A DNA stretch of 64,000 nucleotides, taken from Paecilomyces variotii. Lineage: Eukaryota. Below the pieces are notes generated by a model that made no database searches, was not told the DNA's origin, and saw nothing but the letters and a program-made list of their open reading frames with translations. Position 1 is the stretch's first letter. Each line of letters begins with the position of its first letter. Of the stretch, positions 1 through 13,941 are shown one piece after another. The DNA lies in assembly GCA_004022145.1 (NCBI GenBank), contig RCNU01000006.1; one strand, given 5' to 3'. A program made the translations under genes and the position numbers.

Positions 1-339
1 CAGGTGGGCAGGCTCTGGTTTGGTTTCAAACGTCAAGGGTTCCGGTTGCCAGGCGACGGTCTCAGAGACGCGTGCGACGCGGGCGGAACGACGAGCCATC
101 TCTTCTTGGTCGATGGACGGAGGGATGTACTGCTGCGGGACCCGACCTGGTGGCGCGACGGGATGCTGATACTGGGGCGTGAAGAAGGGCGAGGCGTCGT
201 AGGAAGCGCGATGGGCAATCGGGCTGGTGAGCGGGAAGGGCGGCGGGTGGTAGGGAGAGGTGACCGCGGGGGGGTAGGCGGGCTCCAAGGAGGAGAAGTC
301 TGGTGAACGGGGTCTGTACGAGGTATCCTGGTCTGTCAT
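1..339 (-). CDS. nctA: 5' part (N-terminal 113 aa, runs off the window) of a probable NC2-alpha/Bur6-like CBF/NF-Y histone-fold transcription regulator
   Basis: Minus frame open from ATG at 339 to the window edge (absent from the ORF track because it is truncated): [17 protein letters not shown]...YDASPFF...[15 protein letters not shown]. From memory this resembles the N-terminus of Aspergillus NctA, which I recall lying near coronin/klpA. The histone fold itself is outside the window. Confidence 0.6.
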   Translation of the reverse strand, partial: MTDQDTSYRPRSPDFSSLEPAYPPAVTSPYHPPPFPLTSPIAHRASYDASPFFTPQYQHPVAPPGRVPQQYIPPSIDQEEMARRSARVARVSETVAWQPEPLTFETKPEPAHL

Positions 340-1753
340 CGCTAGGACATCCAAAGTCAGCGCGACAGCTGCTGGCGCGAAGGGTTTGGAGGGATATAAG
401 ATATCGGGGGAAGAGGACAGGTGCATACCGTGTAGATGGGATGAATCTGACAATGGGGCGTCTGGATCAGCGCATCACCCGCAAAGAGACAAAGCAGCAG
501 GCTGTTGCCGCAGTCGAATAGGCGGGAATGAAACCGGAGATCTCCGCGCGTGGTGAGTCGCAACAACAATATTATATAGATAGATGATCGTAGATGATCG
601 TATTTTGTTTCTTTTGTATGTATGTATGTATGTACTGTACTGTACATCCACCGGTGGTCCGAGCTCCCCGTGCGATAATCGTGGAGGGTCGAGGTGGTGC
701 GTGGCTGCAGTGTGCGCAGTGGAGTGATCGGCCAGTCAGGAGCAGTCAGAAGCAGTTCAGGAGCAGTCAAGAGCAGTCAAGCAGGGAAAAAGGTGCGTGG
801 GGATAAGCGCACAGCGTGTTCGCGTCTTCGATCTCGCTCGTCCAGGCCCGGGGAAGCGAGCGCCCTTTTAACCCTGCGCTGAGTTGCGGCAACGCGGGCC
901 CGCGCTAAATTTTGTTCTTTTCTTCCGTGCGTTGCCCTCCTATTATTATTAGTATTGTGATTTTTGCAGTCCAGTCCCTTGCTCTTCTTGTCGCCATCCC
1001 ATCTCATCTGATTCTGATTCTGATTCTGATTCTGGGGTGCAGCTCTGATCGTCCCCTGGCTCTCGCTGCAGGGAATCTATTGAACACACTCTTCCTCTCT
1101 TTCCTCTTCTCTCTTTTTTTTCCTGTCCTTCTTTTCTTTTCTTTTCTTCACACCGTGAATTGGATCATGGCATCGTAACCCATCCCGTGACTCCAACATA
1201 CCTTTGCCCGGGCTGGCTGCTGATTGGATCCCGCCCAGCGTGATCCAAAGCCGGTCGCATTCAGGTTCCTGAAGGCTGCTAAATAAATAACAATAATAAT
1301 ACCTAGAACTTGGCTTGATGATGCCTCGTCTAGATATCCTTCAACATTTCTTTTATCTTCATATTGTTACTCGAATTTGTTTCATTCTATTTTTGCACTG
1401 TAGCCTTACCAGCCCTTGGTGACCCCGAACCTCAGGTCACTGACTGCATCTGATCGACGAGGATGCCTAACATTCAGCCTGATGCCAGCTGCGGCTATAT
1501 GAGGAAAGGAGTCTGCGGCGGCGTACAATGATGATAGAGCTAAATCCGGAGTTGCTGGGATCGCGCGCGCGCAGTGGAGCAGAAACCAGTCGGTCTGTCC
1601 GGCGTGGTATCGCCTACTGTTCACCCGTTCTACACCAGCATCTGTGAAGGACTGAGAAATTACTTGATCTAATCTGATCGCGCCGCTGTGGACCCCTCTG
1701 GCACATATCCCGGAAGCCGCAGCATCATCAGTGTCCATTTGGCCAAAAGATTT

Positions 1754-3113
1754 TTAACGCATACGGTCGCGCGCTGGCGGGATCGCTGGGATGATTCGAT
1801 CCGTCATCTGTATCAGACCCTCGAGCCGCTCCGTCGTCGTATCGCCGATGAAGAGCGCCACAACCGGCCACACATGGATGGAATCACTTTGCTCCACCAC
1901 TTCACATCGACAGCCCGCCGTGGACATCAGCTGGCTCCAGCGCCGGGTCTCAGGGCCAAAGACCTCCTCCGAACCGTAGAAGCAGACGAAGCCGCCGGAC
2001 GGGGATGACCGTCGCCACCAGCCGGTGTCCTTACAAGTCCCCGGCGACACCATGGGGTCCTCCAACGAGCCCTGCTTACCCGCGTACTGGAACGCGTAGA
2101 GGTGTAAGCTCTCCATGTTCAGATAATCGCTCTCTGTGTTGCGATTGTCTGGTGACACAAGAGTTAGCCATGGCGAGAAGAAGGCCGCAAGTCCTGGTCT
2201 TTCAGCCTCCCAATGATCGTGCCGGCCCCGAGAGAGCAAGAGACTCAACATGATAGTGGCTCCGGCTGAATCTCCGCTGACACAGATGTGACTCGGATCT
2301 TCCACCATAGACATAACAAACTCGTAACCTGCCGCGGCTTGTTGTACCTGGACCGGGTATACCTCGTCAGGCACTAATGTGTATTCCAACGCGAAGATGG
2401 CCGGATTGCGGTAGCCACTTCTTCGCAGCACGGCTACCCATGTCATCAGGAATTCCGAGTAGAAGTAGGCGGTACCCATGGAAAACCCTCCTCCTGTAGT
2501 CATTCAGCACAGCTCACGCGGCGCACATCATATGGGGGGTTGTAGACGAACCATGGGCATAGTAGATCACGATATCCGGTTTCTCTAGCTCATTCGCGAT
2601 GATCCAGATGCCGTTCAGTTTGCCCTGCATCTTCGTTTAATCCAAGCGTACAACAGAGTGGAATCAAGCTAACGTTGACTTACACGCTGCACCTCCCTAT
2701 AATGAACAGGGGGTCGGAGATAGCCATGCCTCCGCATTCGATAACGAAGAAAAGGATGTACAACCTCCCGAGCAAAGAAGACACGTCCCACTTGGGGAGG
2801 AATCTCTGCAAAAGCGTACTTCACGCATCGAATCACTATCTCCTGAAATAGTGTCGCGTGGCGGTAGAACGGCGCTCTCTGAGCCTTTGACAACAGATAC
2901 CGCTGAAAGATGACTTGGGAGGGCAATTGAACCGCTATTTAGAGCATCAGTATCATGAAACTATATAAATTCGGTGCTATCCAGACCTAGAAATGGTAAG
3001 CTCCTAGCTCCATGATAGAGCGTGGTCCATAACCCGGCGTGTATGATCAACTGTGGCGTGAGGAAGACCAAAAATATAAAACAGTCTAGGTACGAGACCG
3101 GTCCGAGGAACAT
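1754..3113 (-). CDS. Alpha/beta hydrolase, HSL-like/Say1-type lipase-esterase with hydrophobic N-terminus (4 exons)
   Basis: ATG 3113 (MFLGPVSYLDCFIFLVFL...). Exons approx 3113-2987, 2932-2684, 2626-2552, 2494-1754. Spliced YYAHGGGF oxyanion motif, GDSAG nucleophile elbow, and C-terminal HVWP catalytic His. Confidence 0.85.
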
Positions 3114-3524
3114 CCCGCATCGCCCACATCTACTTCAACTTCCCTCTAGAGGAGAAAGATGATAGAAGGACAGACCACTAGAATACTGTAGAATGCTGGA
3201 ACTGTGCCAATGGTACTAGAGACGAATCGCATCTGTTGTCTCATTCGCAGCAGTTAACCTACCCGGAGTATTTACTCAAGCTATCTAGACCGCTCGGCGA
3301 AAGGTTTTGCCGATCTTCTCCGGCGGGAGTCGAACCGACAATTTTAGCTACGGCGAAGATGCGTGAGACATGCGCCTCCATTCACCTCAGTCCAGCACGA
3401 CCATGACGCCTTATTGATGTCCCTCACCGTCATGTTCGCGCTCATGCACATCGATTTCTATTCTTTCTTACCATCGTGAGCGCAACGGATTCATCGGCTG
3501 TCGAAGCCTCGAAGTGGCCTCAAC

Positions 3525-6500
3525 ATGGCTGTCGCCGATCAACCGTCGGCCTTGATGGACATCGCAAGGTGGGTGATGACCCGGACTTCTTGGTTATCTA
3601 GGCTTCAGGACTGATCGCATATAGCTCTCTTACCCAGGATGAGATTCCCTTTAAGCTGCGATGCGCCATCTGCAATAAGCTTGCAGTGAACGCCTTCCGC
3701 CTACCGTGCTGCGACCAGGCTATATGCGAAAACTGTACGTTCCCTGTTATTTATCACCTTTGCGCATGCTTTTCATATCGAGAAATATCCTGACCATGTT
3801 CTAGGCCAAGCGTCTTTGCCGGAAAGCTGCCCAGTCTGCGCGCACACGCCTATCTCTCCCGACCTCTGCAAGCCGAACAAAGCTCTCCGTACTACTCTGA
3901 AAGCCTTCTTGCGCACGGAGGAGAAAAAGCGGGAGAAGGAAAGGTCTTCAGCCACACCAGCGACGCCAGCTGCCGATCTTCCTGTCGATACAACCCCTTC
4001 ACAGGCGGAAGCCCAGACGGCTCCACCTCCAGTTGACCAGGCGGATGCTGCCGATCAGCCAGTAAAATCAGCATCGGATGCTGAAACGAGACTGGAGGAA
4101 CAAGCAGCTGAAGTTCCCCAATCGGAAAGCACTGCTGCAGCTGTAGCTGAGTCCAACGGCGATCAGACAGAAGCTGAAGTCGAGGTGAGCCATCCGTCAT
4201 TTCAATATCCAAGACGACTGAAGCTAATTTTACTGCAGAAACCGCAGGACCAAAATGGCGTTTCTACCGCTGAAGGTGACGCCGGGGATGGAACCGTGGT
4301 CGAGGGAGATACCTCCGACCAGACGACCAACGCGGTGGATACGGAGCAGGCAGACGGTCCTCAACAGGAAAACATGCAGTTTCCGGGGGCGGTACCAAAT
4401 GCTATGGGATTCGATATGAGTAATGGTGGATTTCCGAAGATGGGATGGAATGGTACTGGCGATTTCAACCCTGTGGCACAGTTTATGCCCGGTGGAATGT
4501 TCAATTTCCAGAACTCTATGGGTGAGTAATCTACCTGACATCGCTTTCTCTTTTATATGGAGCTTGAAACTAACTCGAGAGACAGGAATGCCCGGGATGG
4601 CGATGGACCCAATGGCCGCGAGTCAGGGGATGTTTGGAGGCTACGGGATGAACATGAATGGCATGAGCAATGGCATGAACATGGGAATGAATTTTAACGC
4701 TGGTCAAGGGATGTATGGAAGCTGGGACGGTTCACAAAACAATATGTGGAATGGAGGCCCAGATAAATTCAATCCAAATGCATTCGCGAATGGCATGGGC
4801 CCCGAATTCGGTGGTCCCTCTGGATTTGGCGGATATAATCACGGAAACTATCAGATGCAACAACAATTCCCTAACCAAGACTTCCAGAATGGCTTTTATG
4901 GCCCTGGATATGGCCGAGGCGGTGCCCGCGGCCGTGGCCGTGGTTTCTTCCAAGGTGGTCGGGGTCGTGGTGGCTTTGGTGGTTATATGCAGGCTAATTA
5001 CCCAACTCACGCTAATCCCTCAGTCTATCCGAACCAGCAATCTCCTAGTGTTCAGCAGCAGAATGGCTTGTCGGGGCAGCAAGACACTCCAAATGGCCCC
5101 GGCTCAGTGACCTCTAGTGTTGCGAATAATAAGAAATCTAACGATGAACTTGCCACAACAGGCGAGAACGAGTTTAGTGAAGACCAGACTAAGGACACTA
5201 CTGATGAAGCAGCCGGAGATGCGAAGGACGTGTCATCCGAAACCAAAGACGCATCAGCGTCATCTGCAGACCAACCGTCTACAGAGGAGCCAGAACTTCG
5301 TGGTATACCAACTATTGATAGTATTGAACAGCCCCCATACGGTCCAGGTATGGCCCCAGGTTTCACAGGGTTTGCGGCACCGACGGGACCAGGCTTTGGT
5401 AGGGGCGGGTTTCCCATGCGCGGAGGCTACCCAGGTGGTCGAGGAGGCGCCTTTATGAACGGCCTGACACCGGGAGGACATCAGCCTATAGTCCCGAACG
5501 AACCCAGAGGCCAAGGTGTTGCAGGTGCCCCGGCAGCGCCTAGGGCCATGAGAGAAGGCTTTCCTAATACAGGAATCCGTGGCAGAGGTTTCCATATCCA
5601 GGGACGAGCCTCTTTACCGCTGCAAAGATCAGGGGAGGATTCGAGAAGGTACGTTCAAATACACTGACAGCTTAATTATAATAAGATGCGGTACATTTGT
5701 TAACATATCTAGTGTCACTCCCGCAACCCGCCAGGGAGAGTCGCAGGCGCAGTCGAAAGCCGGATCGAGATCGCCATCGAGAGCGCGAGAAAGATCCGGA
5801 TCCAGATCTAGATCAAGGTCCAGGTCCCCATCTCGCCAACAGTCGCGGGGTCATCGTCATCGTCGCCGATCTGAAAGCATATATGCCAGCGATGAGGATC
5901 GAGAGCGTCGGCGTGAGCGCCATCGGAAGAAGTCCCGTCGCGATGATGAAGAGGAGTTGAGACCGGTTCGCGAGAAAGACACCCGCTCACGTTCACGTTC
6001 TCTTGAGTCCACAAGGAGATCTCACCGTCGAGACAGGGATATAGATCGAGACCGAGACAGGCACCGTTCTCATCGATCCCACCGTCATCGCAGCCGCAGT
6101 CGAAGCGCCGACCGAAAGGGAGAGTCCCGGCACAACGATCAGTATTCCGTCGCGCCTGAAGAGAATGGGGCCTCTTCTCGGGAAAAGACCTCGCTCTCTG
6201 GAGAACCGCGCGACCTCACTACCCGGATCAGTAGCAGCTATCGATCTGGAAAGGAGCGTTCCAGTCGTCGCGAAGACGAACGGGAAAGTCGACATCATGA
6301 CCGCGACCGCGATCGCGATCGTGAACGCAATCGTGATCGGGATAGACCCCGAGACGGGGACCGGGACAGGGACCGGGAGCGAGGTCGAGATCGAGATCGA
6401 GAGAAGGATCGTAAACGCTCACGTCGGGACCGTTCTGAATCCCCTGCTGATAGCGAGTACTCCCGACACCACTCACGGCGGACCAAACGCCATCGGGACG

Positions 6501-6802
6501 ATTCTCGTGTTGGAAACCGAGATCGCAACGGTGACAAGGCCGCGAGGCCTACCGAATCAGAAAAGGACCCGCATACTCTGGAGCGCGAGGCACGCAATCG
6601 CGAGCGGTTGCTGAAAGAACAGCAACGACGGGAAGCCATGGTCGCGGAGCGCGACGGCAAGAACGGCAGAAGACGTCAGAGCAGGCCTGAAAGAGGCCTC
6701 ACCGGCGGACGGAGACTGAGTTACAAGTACGAGGATGAGGAGAGTGATCGGACTCGGGCAGCACGCATCGAGGAGGAAAGAGAGGCTGCTAGATGGGATT
6801 AA
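3525..6802 (+). CDS. N-terminal RING-type zinc finger protein with Met/Gly/Asn-rich, RGG and very long RS/RD-rich regions; probable nuclear RNA-processing factor (about 6 exons)
   Basis: Spliced N-terminus LRCAICNKLAVNAFRLPCCDQAICENCQASLPESCPVCAH, then PNKALR. GRGGARGRGRG repeats at about 4910-4980. RSRSRS and (RD)n tracts at 5760-6420. Canonical GT..AG introns; TAA at 6800-6802. Confidence 0.85.
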
Positions 6803-7730
6803 AAGTTTGGCTTTAATCGTGGCATAGCATGTGCATTGCAGCATGCGTCTAGCGCAGCCATCTTACGAGAATATGTCGATATCCTCGATGGGAAGAATGG
6901 ACTTCCCCCCGGCCTTTCTCGGTAGTGAGGAGTCAGGAGCCTGGTCTCAAAGATTCCCTTTTGCCAGCATGTTTCACTTTGATCCGGTCCATGTACTTGC
7001 ACAACGCAATGCCGCGGCTACTGGTATGCATTTAGATAGAGTCTGTCAATATCCACGGGACCTTAGGTGATAGAATATAATGCGAGGATCAGCATCATAG
7101 AGGAATGAGAGAGTGTGAACCAATACAAAGTCAGAATACTTTGCTCGTATGTCGTCCTACGTTGTTTAGCATCTGATTTCAACATCTCCAGATAGGAAAA
7201 CTGGTAAAGCCAAAGAAGCGGTGGCGTATGAATGAATGAATTCGGCCTGCTGAGGATGTATCTAAATCTGAAGGCAAGGACAATGAGACAGGACATCATG
7301 AACAATAGTATACTGAAATTCGGAACCAATGAATCACTCAATGATCAGATAGACAGAAAGGCTCGCTCGCTTCGCTTTCGCTGGGAAAAAAGAAACCAAG
7401 GCCATTGAAATTCACTTCTGTTCCCGCTATATTGAGACTTTAACTTTTTGTCGTTGCAATCCCGAATTCTGTTTTGTTTTTCTTTGGTGAGACAAGCATG
7501 GGTGGACTGGGAATACCGATCAACATTGATGTGACTAGAAATCTGTACAATGAAATGTAGTTACAACGAGGCAAGCATGGTCCCTGGATGGCCTGTCAGC
7601 TAACCTGACTGGAGAACACGAATCGTATGACAATGTGACAAGAAGAGCTGGTGTCGACGCCCCTAAATCAGGATTAAGCGGGTCTGGCGTTCGATTGCAG
7701 CTGAATACTGCTGGCGAAACATTGTTCAGT

Positions 7731-9940
7731 TTATCCCAGCTTAGCTTTCAAGGCCTCTATTTCGTTAGTCAGCTGTTGAACATGCTCAGCCTGAGATGCG
7801 ATTGTCTTCGTCTGCTCGGCAATAAGTTCCTTGATGGCCTGCATCTCTCGCTGGACCGCATCCGTCGGGATCGAAGTTGCCGATGCCGGTGAAGTAGCCG
7901 TTGCAGTGGGAGTGCTGGCGGCAGAAGCCGGTGTTGGCTAAGGATAATGTTAGCCAAGTTGTTTGAATTCAATCAAGATATCTGTGACTCACCTGGCTGG
8001 CGCTAGGACTGGGCCTGGACTCGACCACTTTCTCCTTTGTGGGGGAGACAGTAATAGAAGGCCGTTCCACGGGCTTGGAAACCTCCTCGAAGCTGGAGCT
8101 ATCGTCTGCCTCCTCCTTCTCTTCATCATCAGCGAACTTGTTGACCATAGCTGCCATAGACGCTCCCTGGTCTTTCATTGAGGGTGGAGGCGCCCTGTAA
8201 GTAGGTGTTGCTGCCGGTGCGGGTTCTGGGGCCTTCTTCGCAGGCTCGGGCTTAGATTCTGCTTCGGCAGGCTTGATAGTCGACGTAGGCGCGTCCTGCA
8301 CGCCAGTGACTTCTTTCAGACCAGCCCCATCGTACAGACTGGCAAGCGAGATCTTGGGGGGAATAGCTTCCTTGCCGGAAAACCATTCTGAAGGACTCAT
8401 AGCCGGCTTAAGACCGATGGTAGGGGGGTAGATATCGTCTTGGAACATCTCCGAGCGCCGCGGCACGATGAATGAGACCGGCTCGATGTAAGTGTCGTTG
8501 ACCGTCTTGTAGGCCCGAACCACCTCGTTCTCGTGCATGTTGACACCGCGCTTGGGCATGAAAGCGATTCCGCGCTGAGGGTCGCCCGACTTGTACTCCG
8601 CGAGATACTCGAATTTGTCGTTTTCGTACTCAAAGTACCGGATGTTACCATCACTAAGGTTGTCAGCAAAGAATGGTATAGCGTAGCAGAAATGCCGAGG
8701 TTACTTACCCTCTACCAGCGAGGTACAGACACTGCGTACCATCGTCCCAGAACGGCATGCATACACCGGATATGGAGTCCAAGACCTTGAAGCCATTGAT
8801 GGGTTCGCGGGGGGCACGGATATCCCATAGAGCCAGCTGGCGGTCACTCATCTTTGAAAAGCCTGTAGTCGCAACGCGGTCGTGCTCACCCAGCCAGACA
8901 GCTCGACTGTTCTTGGCACCCGAATGACCCTGTGTCTCTTGCGCAGGGCGCTCCTGGCGGACATCCCATACTCGCAGCTTCTTGTCTCGCGAGGTTGTAA
9001 CGAGAAGAGAACCGTTGGCACTCCAGGACTGCGACTGCACCGCGTCTCCGATATTCAGCGTCAACTTGGAAGCACCAGCCTCGATATCCCAAATCTTGAT
9101 TGTGAAGTCTCCGGAGGCCGAGGCGAGGATATTCTCAGCGGCGGGGTTAAAGAGCACGTGTCCAACCTTCCTGTTGTCATTGTTAGAAACAACGATCTAT
9201 CTTGGAGTGAGAGAAAGCGACCAGCTGACCTAGGATGACCGCTGAGCTTGCCTACGGGGGCAATGTCCTGGATGTCGTCTGGTTCTACATCCGGGCGGAG
9301 GGTGAAGTTGTCAGGAACACGCCAAAGGAAGATCTAGGGGCGAGGAAGTAAGCACGGTGACGATTCCCGATGGTCCAGGGAGCCATACCTTGCCGTCATC
9401 GGAGCAGGAAGCTATCAAGTCATCATTGAACGGATTCCTAGAGACATTTAACTCGCTGTTACAGTTATATGCCCTCCGCAGTACTTACCAGTCCGTGTCG
9501 AGCACCACCGCGGTGTGGCCACGAAATAGGGGGATTCTCTCAGGGAGCTTCCCCCGCTCCTCGAGAGGGATGACAGCGAATGCACCACCACCGCCAGACT
9601 CCCAATTTACCGACAGATATTTGGGGTTGACCTAGTCGCCTGTCTGTGAGAACACTGCCAGGAGCCGTATCGCATCCACGGGGCGCAAGACCGTACCTTG
9701 ACGAGGTTGGTATCCCAAGCATTTCTGGAGACCCGGAGATTATCGTAGCATTGTTCCTAGTAGCACCATCAGTCACGACGGTCCCTGGTTGACATTATCC
9801 CGCCAGAATGGGTACCTTTCTCGTAGAACGCCCGAAGACGTGTCCTATTGCGGTGCGGCATTAGCAGCTCGATGCGGACACGGAGGCGATTCGAGGCGCA
9901 ACTTACGATACTTCGACGAACGGACGAAACGACCAGACAT
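7731..9940 (-). CDS. crn1: Coronin, WD40 actin-binding protein (multi-exon)
   Basis: Starts MSGRFVRSSKY(R)HVFG. WD repeats LASASGDFTIKIWD and LVTTSRDKKLRVWD; FIVPRRSEMFQDDIYP motif; C-terminal coiled coil ...EIEALKAKLG* with stop at 7731-7733. Confidence 0.96.
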
Positions 9941-10612
9941 GACCGGAGAGACTGTTTCTTCAGACCGATGGGAAAAGGTACGGACTACCAGACATGAGAA
10001 TGGCCTCAAGGGCTCTTGGAATTGAAAGTTGGTCGAAAGTTGGTCGTCTGAAGCACCACCACAGCTCCCAGGCCGCCTTTGGGTCTAGCGAAACGCGGCC
10101 GGCGGAACCGGGGGGTTTTAACACCCCCCACGCACCGCAACGGCTTCAGGATATTCGAGGAGCTTTCCCGCTGGTTACTTGAAAGAAAAGCACTACAAAG
10201 CGTATCTACGATCGGTCGGATGGCAGTACCACTCCAATTACTATGGAATGCATTCAAAACCCAGCCTGCCTGTACCATTGTCGTATCAAAACCTGGTATT
10301 TACCTTGAAGTTTACCATCACGTGGGGCAGATGGTGTCTTTCCGGATCGGTGCTAGCGTACCCGTAGTGGCAGATGACTAAGCTGGATTTGTTTACGCCG
10401 TCTCTCCGGGTAACAACCTAACTAACTATTATTATTAGTGAAGAGCGTGCCTCCTGTTAACTGTCCCATCATCCATCGTGCAACTGTGCGATGCTCTGCT
10501 GCCCTCTATTTCTTGGTTTTTTCATTCATTCCTGGTTCTGATCAGCGCGCTGCTGGAATCCCCTGTTTGGTCAACTACTTTGGCTCGCTGGGGGCCTCTC
10601 CATCAATCCAGC

Positions 10613-13611
10613 ATGGATGACGAGAATTCAGTGGTAACACAACCTGCTGTCGCAGGCCCAGTATCATTTGCTGACTGAGATGCCAGACTCAACCTAGGAT
10701 CACGCGAAGCAGGATTCCGGCGCAGACAAAGGGTCTGAACGAGATGGATCAGTCCCATGCAAACTCGAGATCGGGGCTTCCTGCGCCCTCGGGGCTTCCC
10801 AAGCCGGGATCGATCGCGCAGATATACAGCAAGCCGCCTGGCATGGCGCGTAAGTGGTTTTGAGGACATTGCAATGTTCTCGGTATTCTGACATTTGAGA
10901 AGCGGCTACTCGGTCGAAGACAGCAGCCCAATCATCGATAGATACGAGGAAAGGCGGACTGGTCGCGCCGGCGAGTACGCGAGCAACCGACGGCACTGCA
11001 AAGCCTCTTACCCGCACGAAATCTTACGTGTCATCTGCATCCTCTCGAAACACGTCGACATCCTCGCGGACAAGGTCAAATACATCATATTCAGCCACTG
11101 TTGGGCCTGGCACACGACCAGCTGGCTTTGGGATCGCTCGCCCGCAGACATCACTTAGTGGCACCCGGAAACCCCCTGCTTCATCTGGCAAGCGACCAGC
11201 GACATCGATGGACATTCGCGAGGAAGAATCACCTGGAAGCGTCCTTAGGAAAAGAAAGGGTACGCATAGATCTTATTGTCCTTCCATACCCACCTCAACC
11301 CCGCATTCCGTACTACCCGATTCGAATGGATATCGAAATGGCACATGGGACTGCAGCTCGAATGGTCAAGGTTCAGAGATTGGTGATCGCGACAGCTTAT
11401 GCAGCGCGATGTCTGATCTTTCCCTCAGATCCAAGTTTAAGCCAGTCATGGAACCCAGCCAGCACAGTGACTTTACCCAATGCTCTCTTAAGCACGACCC
11501 ACCGAAACAAATGTGCCCAAATTCTGCAGCATGTCTCCCTGTGACCCGTTCCCCGTCTCCTCCCAAGCATAGAACTCCGTTGAAGACCCAGAAAAGGATC
11601 CCACAATTTCTAACCAAAGATTCAGACACAAAAGCCTGGGACCATGACACTCAAGTTCGCAACATCGATGAAATATGTGAAACTCTTTTTGCCAAAATGA
11701 GCCAGGCAGGCCAAGAAAGTTTCGGTCTCAAAGAGACAGTGGATATATACAAGTCTCGAGGTGGGTCAATATAACTATTCGTATTCTCCTCTATCAGACT
11801 GCTAATTGACAAAGTCAATGAGTTGGAGGCATCGCGGACAGAACTCAATGAGAAGAACGTCTCACTGCGAGTTGAAATTGAGACGATGAGGACTCGTCTC
11901 GAAGCAACCGAACACGCGCTCAAGGAGGCCGAGAGGGACCACGAGATAGCAATGGATGAGATTGCCGCGCGTCAACGAGCTGAAGCCGAGAGCATAAAAG
12001 AAGAAGCAAAAAGAGAGCTTGAGTCTCTAGCTTCCAAACATCAAGGAGAGATTCGCGAGCTCGAAAGACGTCTGGACCATGAGTTAGAAGAGGAAAGGCT
12101 ACTGCACCAGCGTGAGACGAACCGCATCATGTCCGAGCGCACCTTGGACTCGCAACGCGGCCAGATCGAGCTCGAGAACAAAGATCGTGAACTTGCTAGA
12201 CTCCGGGCAGATCTTGAAGTGGTGCGTGATGACTTGGAACGACAGCGACAAACCAATCGTGAGCTTCGCCAGAATCTTGACACAGCAAGCGGCAACAGCG
12301 TGACGCTAGAATCGTCTGTCCGTGCGCTGAAGGCGAGAATCGAGTTCCTCGAATCCGGTAACCAGGAACAGTCAGCAGCATTTGAACATCTCCAGCAGCA
12401 ACTAACTAACGCACTTGCTGAGACGAATGAGGCGAAGGAGAAGCTGAGAAAAGAAGAAACGTTGCGGAGGAAATTGCACAACCAGGTCCAGGAGCTTAAA
12501 GGAAACATTCGAGTGTTTTGTCGAGTTCGACCGTCACTAGAGGCAGAACCCGCAGACGAGGTCGCCCAGATCCAGTTTCCTGACAACGACAGCGATTGCA
12601 AGGAGATTTCAGTACTAGGACCCGAGGAGAGAAGCAGTCTTGGTAACATCAGCAGGAAGAACAACGCATTTTCCTTTGACAGAGTGTTTGGGCCTCGTAC
12701 CCACAATGCTGAAGTTTTTGAGGAAATCAGCCAGCTGGTCCAGAGCGCGCTAGACGGGTACAACGTCTGCATCTTCTGCTATGGACAGACCGGGAGTGGT
12801 AAGACATATACCATGTCTTCAGAAGATGGGATGATCCCACGGGCTGTGCACCAAATATATGACACGGCAAAGAGCCTAGAAGAGAAGGGCTGGGTATACA
12901 CTATGGAGGGCAATTTCGTCGAAGTCTATAACGAGAACATCAATGATTTGCTTGGGAAAGCCGAAGAGTTCGACAAGAAGAAGCATGAGATTCGGCATGA
13001 CATGCAAAGGTGCAAGACTACTATCACCGATATCACCACTGTGACCCTTGACTCCCCGGAGATGGTGGAGTCGATTCTTCGCCGTGCCGCAGCAAATAGA
13101 TCAGTTGCGGCTACCAAAGCCAACGAGAGATCCTCTCGCTCCCATTCCGTCTTTATCTTGAAGCTTATCGGGGAGAATAGCTTTACGAAAGAAAGGAGCG
13201 AGGGCACACTTAACCTGGTTGATTTGGCGGGTAGTGAACGCCTCAGTCACAGTGGCGCAACCGGAGAGCGCCTGAAGGAGACTCAGAGCATCAACCGAAG
13301 TCTAAGCTGCTTGGGCGATGTCATTGGTGCTCTGGGCCAGGGCAAGGAAGGCGGACATATTCCTTACCGGAATAGCAAGGTACGTTTTACAAACCGTGTG
13401 ATTTTCGCTTCATGAACTAACGCTCTTATCGCAGCTCACTTATCTTCTCCAATTTTCTCTCGGAGGCAACTCGAAGACGCTCATGTTCGTCATGGTTAGT
13501 CCTTTGCAGGCTCATCTGGGCGAAACATTGACGAGTCTTAAGTTCGCAACCAAGGTACACAATACGCACATTGGAACGGCCAAACGACAAACTAGAGTCA
13601 AAGACTCGTAG
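10613..13611 (+). CDS. klpA: Kinesin-14 (Kar3/KlpA), C-terminal minus-end motor
   Basis: Coiled-coil stalk followed by [25 protein letters not shown] (P-loop), [17 protein letters not shown] and [14 protein letters not shown]. Last exon ends ...[14 protein letters not shown] at 13611. Confidence 0.96.
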
Positions 13612-13941
13612 AACCTTTGAGATACCATTTTATTTTGTCAATTTTGCTGCTTCTGGGTATTCTTTAGCGCCGAAGCATTGGACATATTGTGCAGTTGGGG
13701 CGTTACTGGTGTACTGGCTCCCTCCAAAGAGAGTCTTTTCTATTTGCCTTTTGTGTTTGTATGTGGATACCGGACTATCTGCCGTATGACCGTTATGACC
13801 TTGTACCCCGAGATTTAATACAAATAGCTACCGTGCCAGCCATGCATACTGTATGCCCTTCGATGAGTACCACTACTACACGACCTACGGTATTGAGAAG
13901 CAACTAGACCAGTTAAGGCACGGCTCGAGAGTAGTGTCGTG

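Noticed and set aside
12041-12772. Long antisense ORFs (for example 243 aa opposite klpA, and others opposite the CAR, QutC, MFS and RS-rich genes)
   Set aside because: They are shadows of codon bias in the real genes on the other strand and have no motifs of their own.
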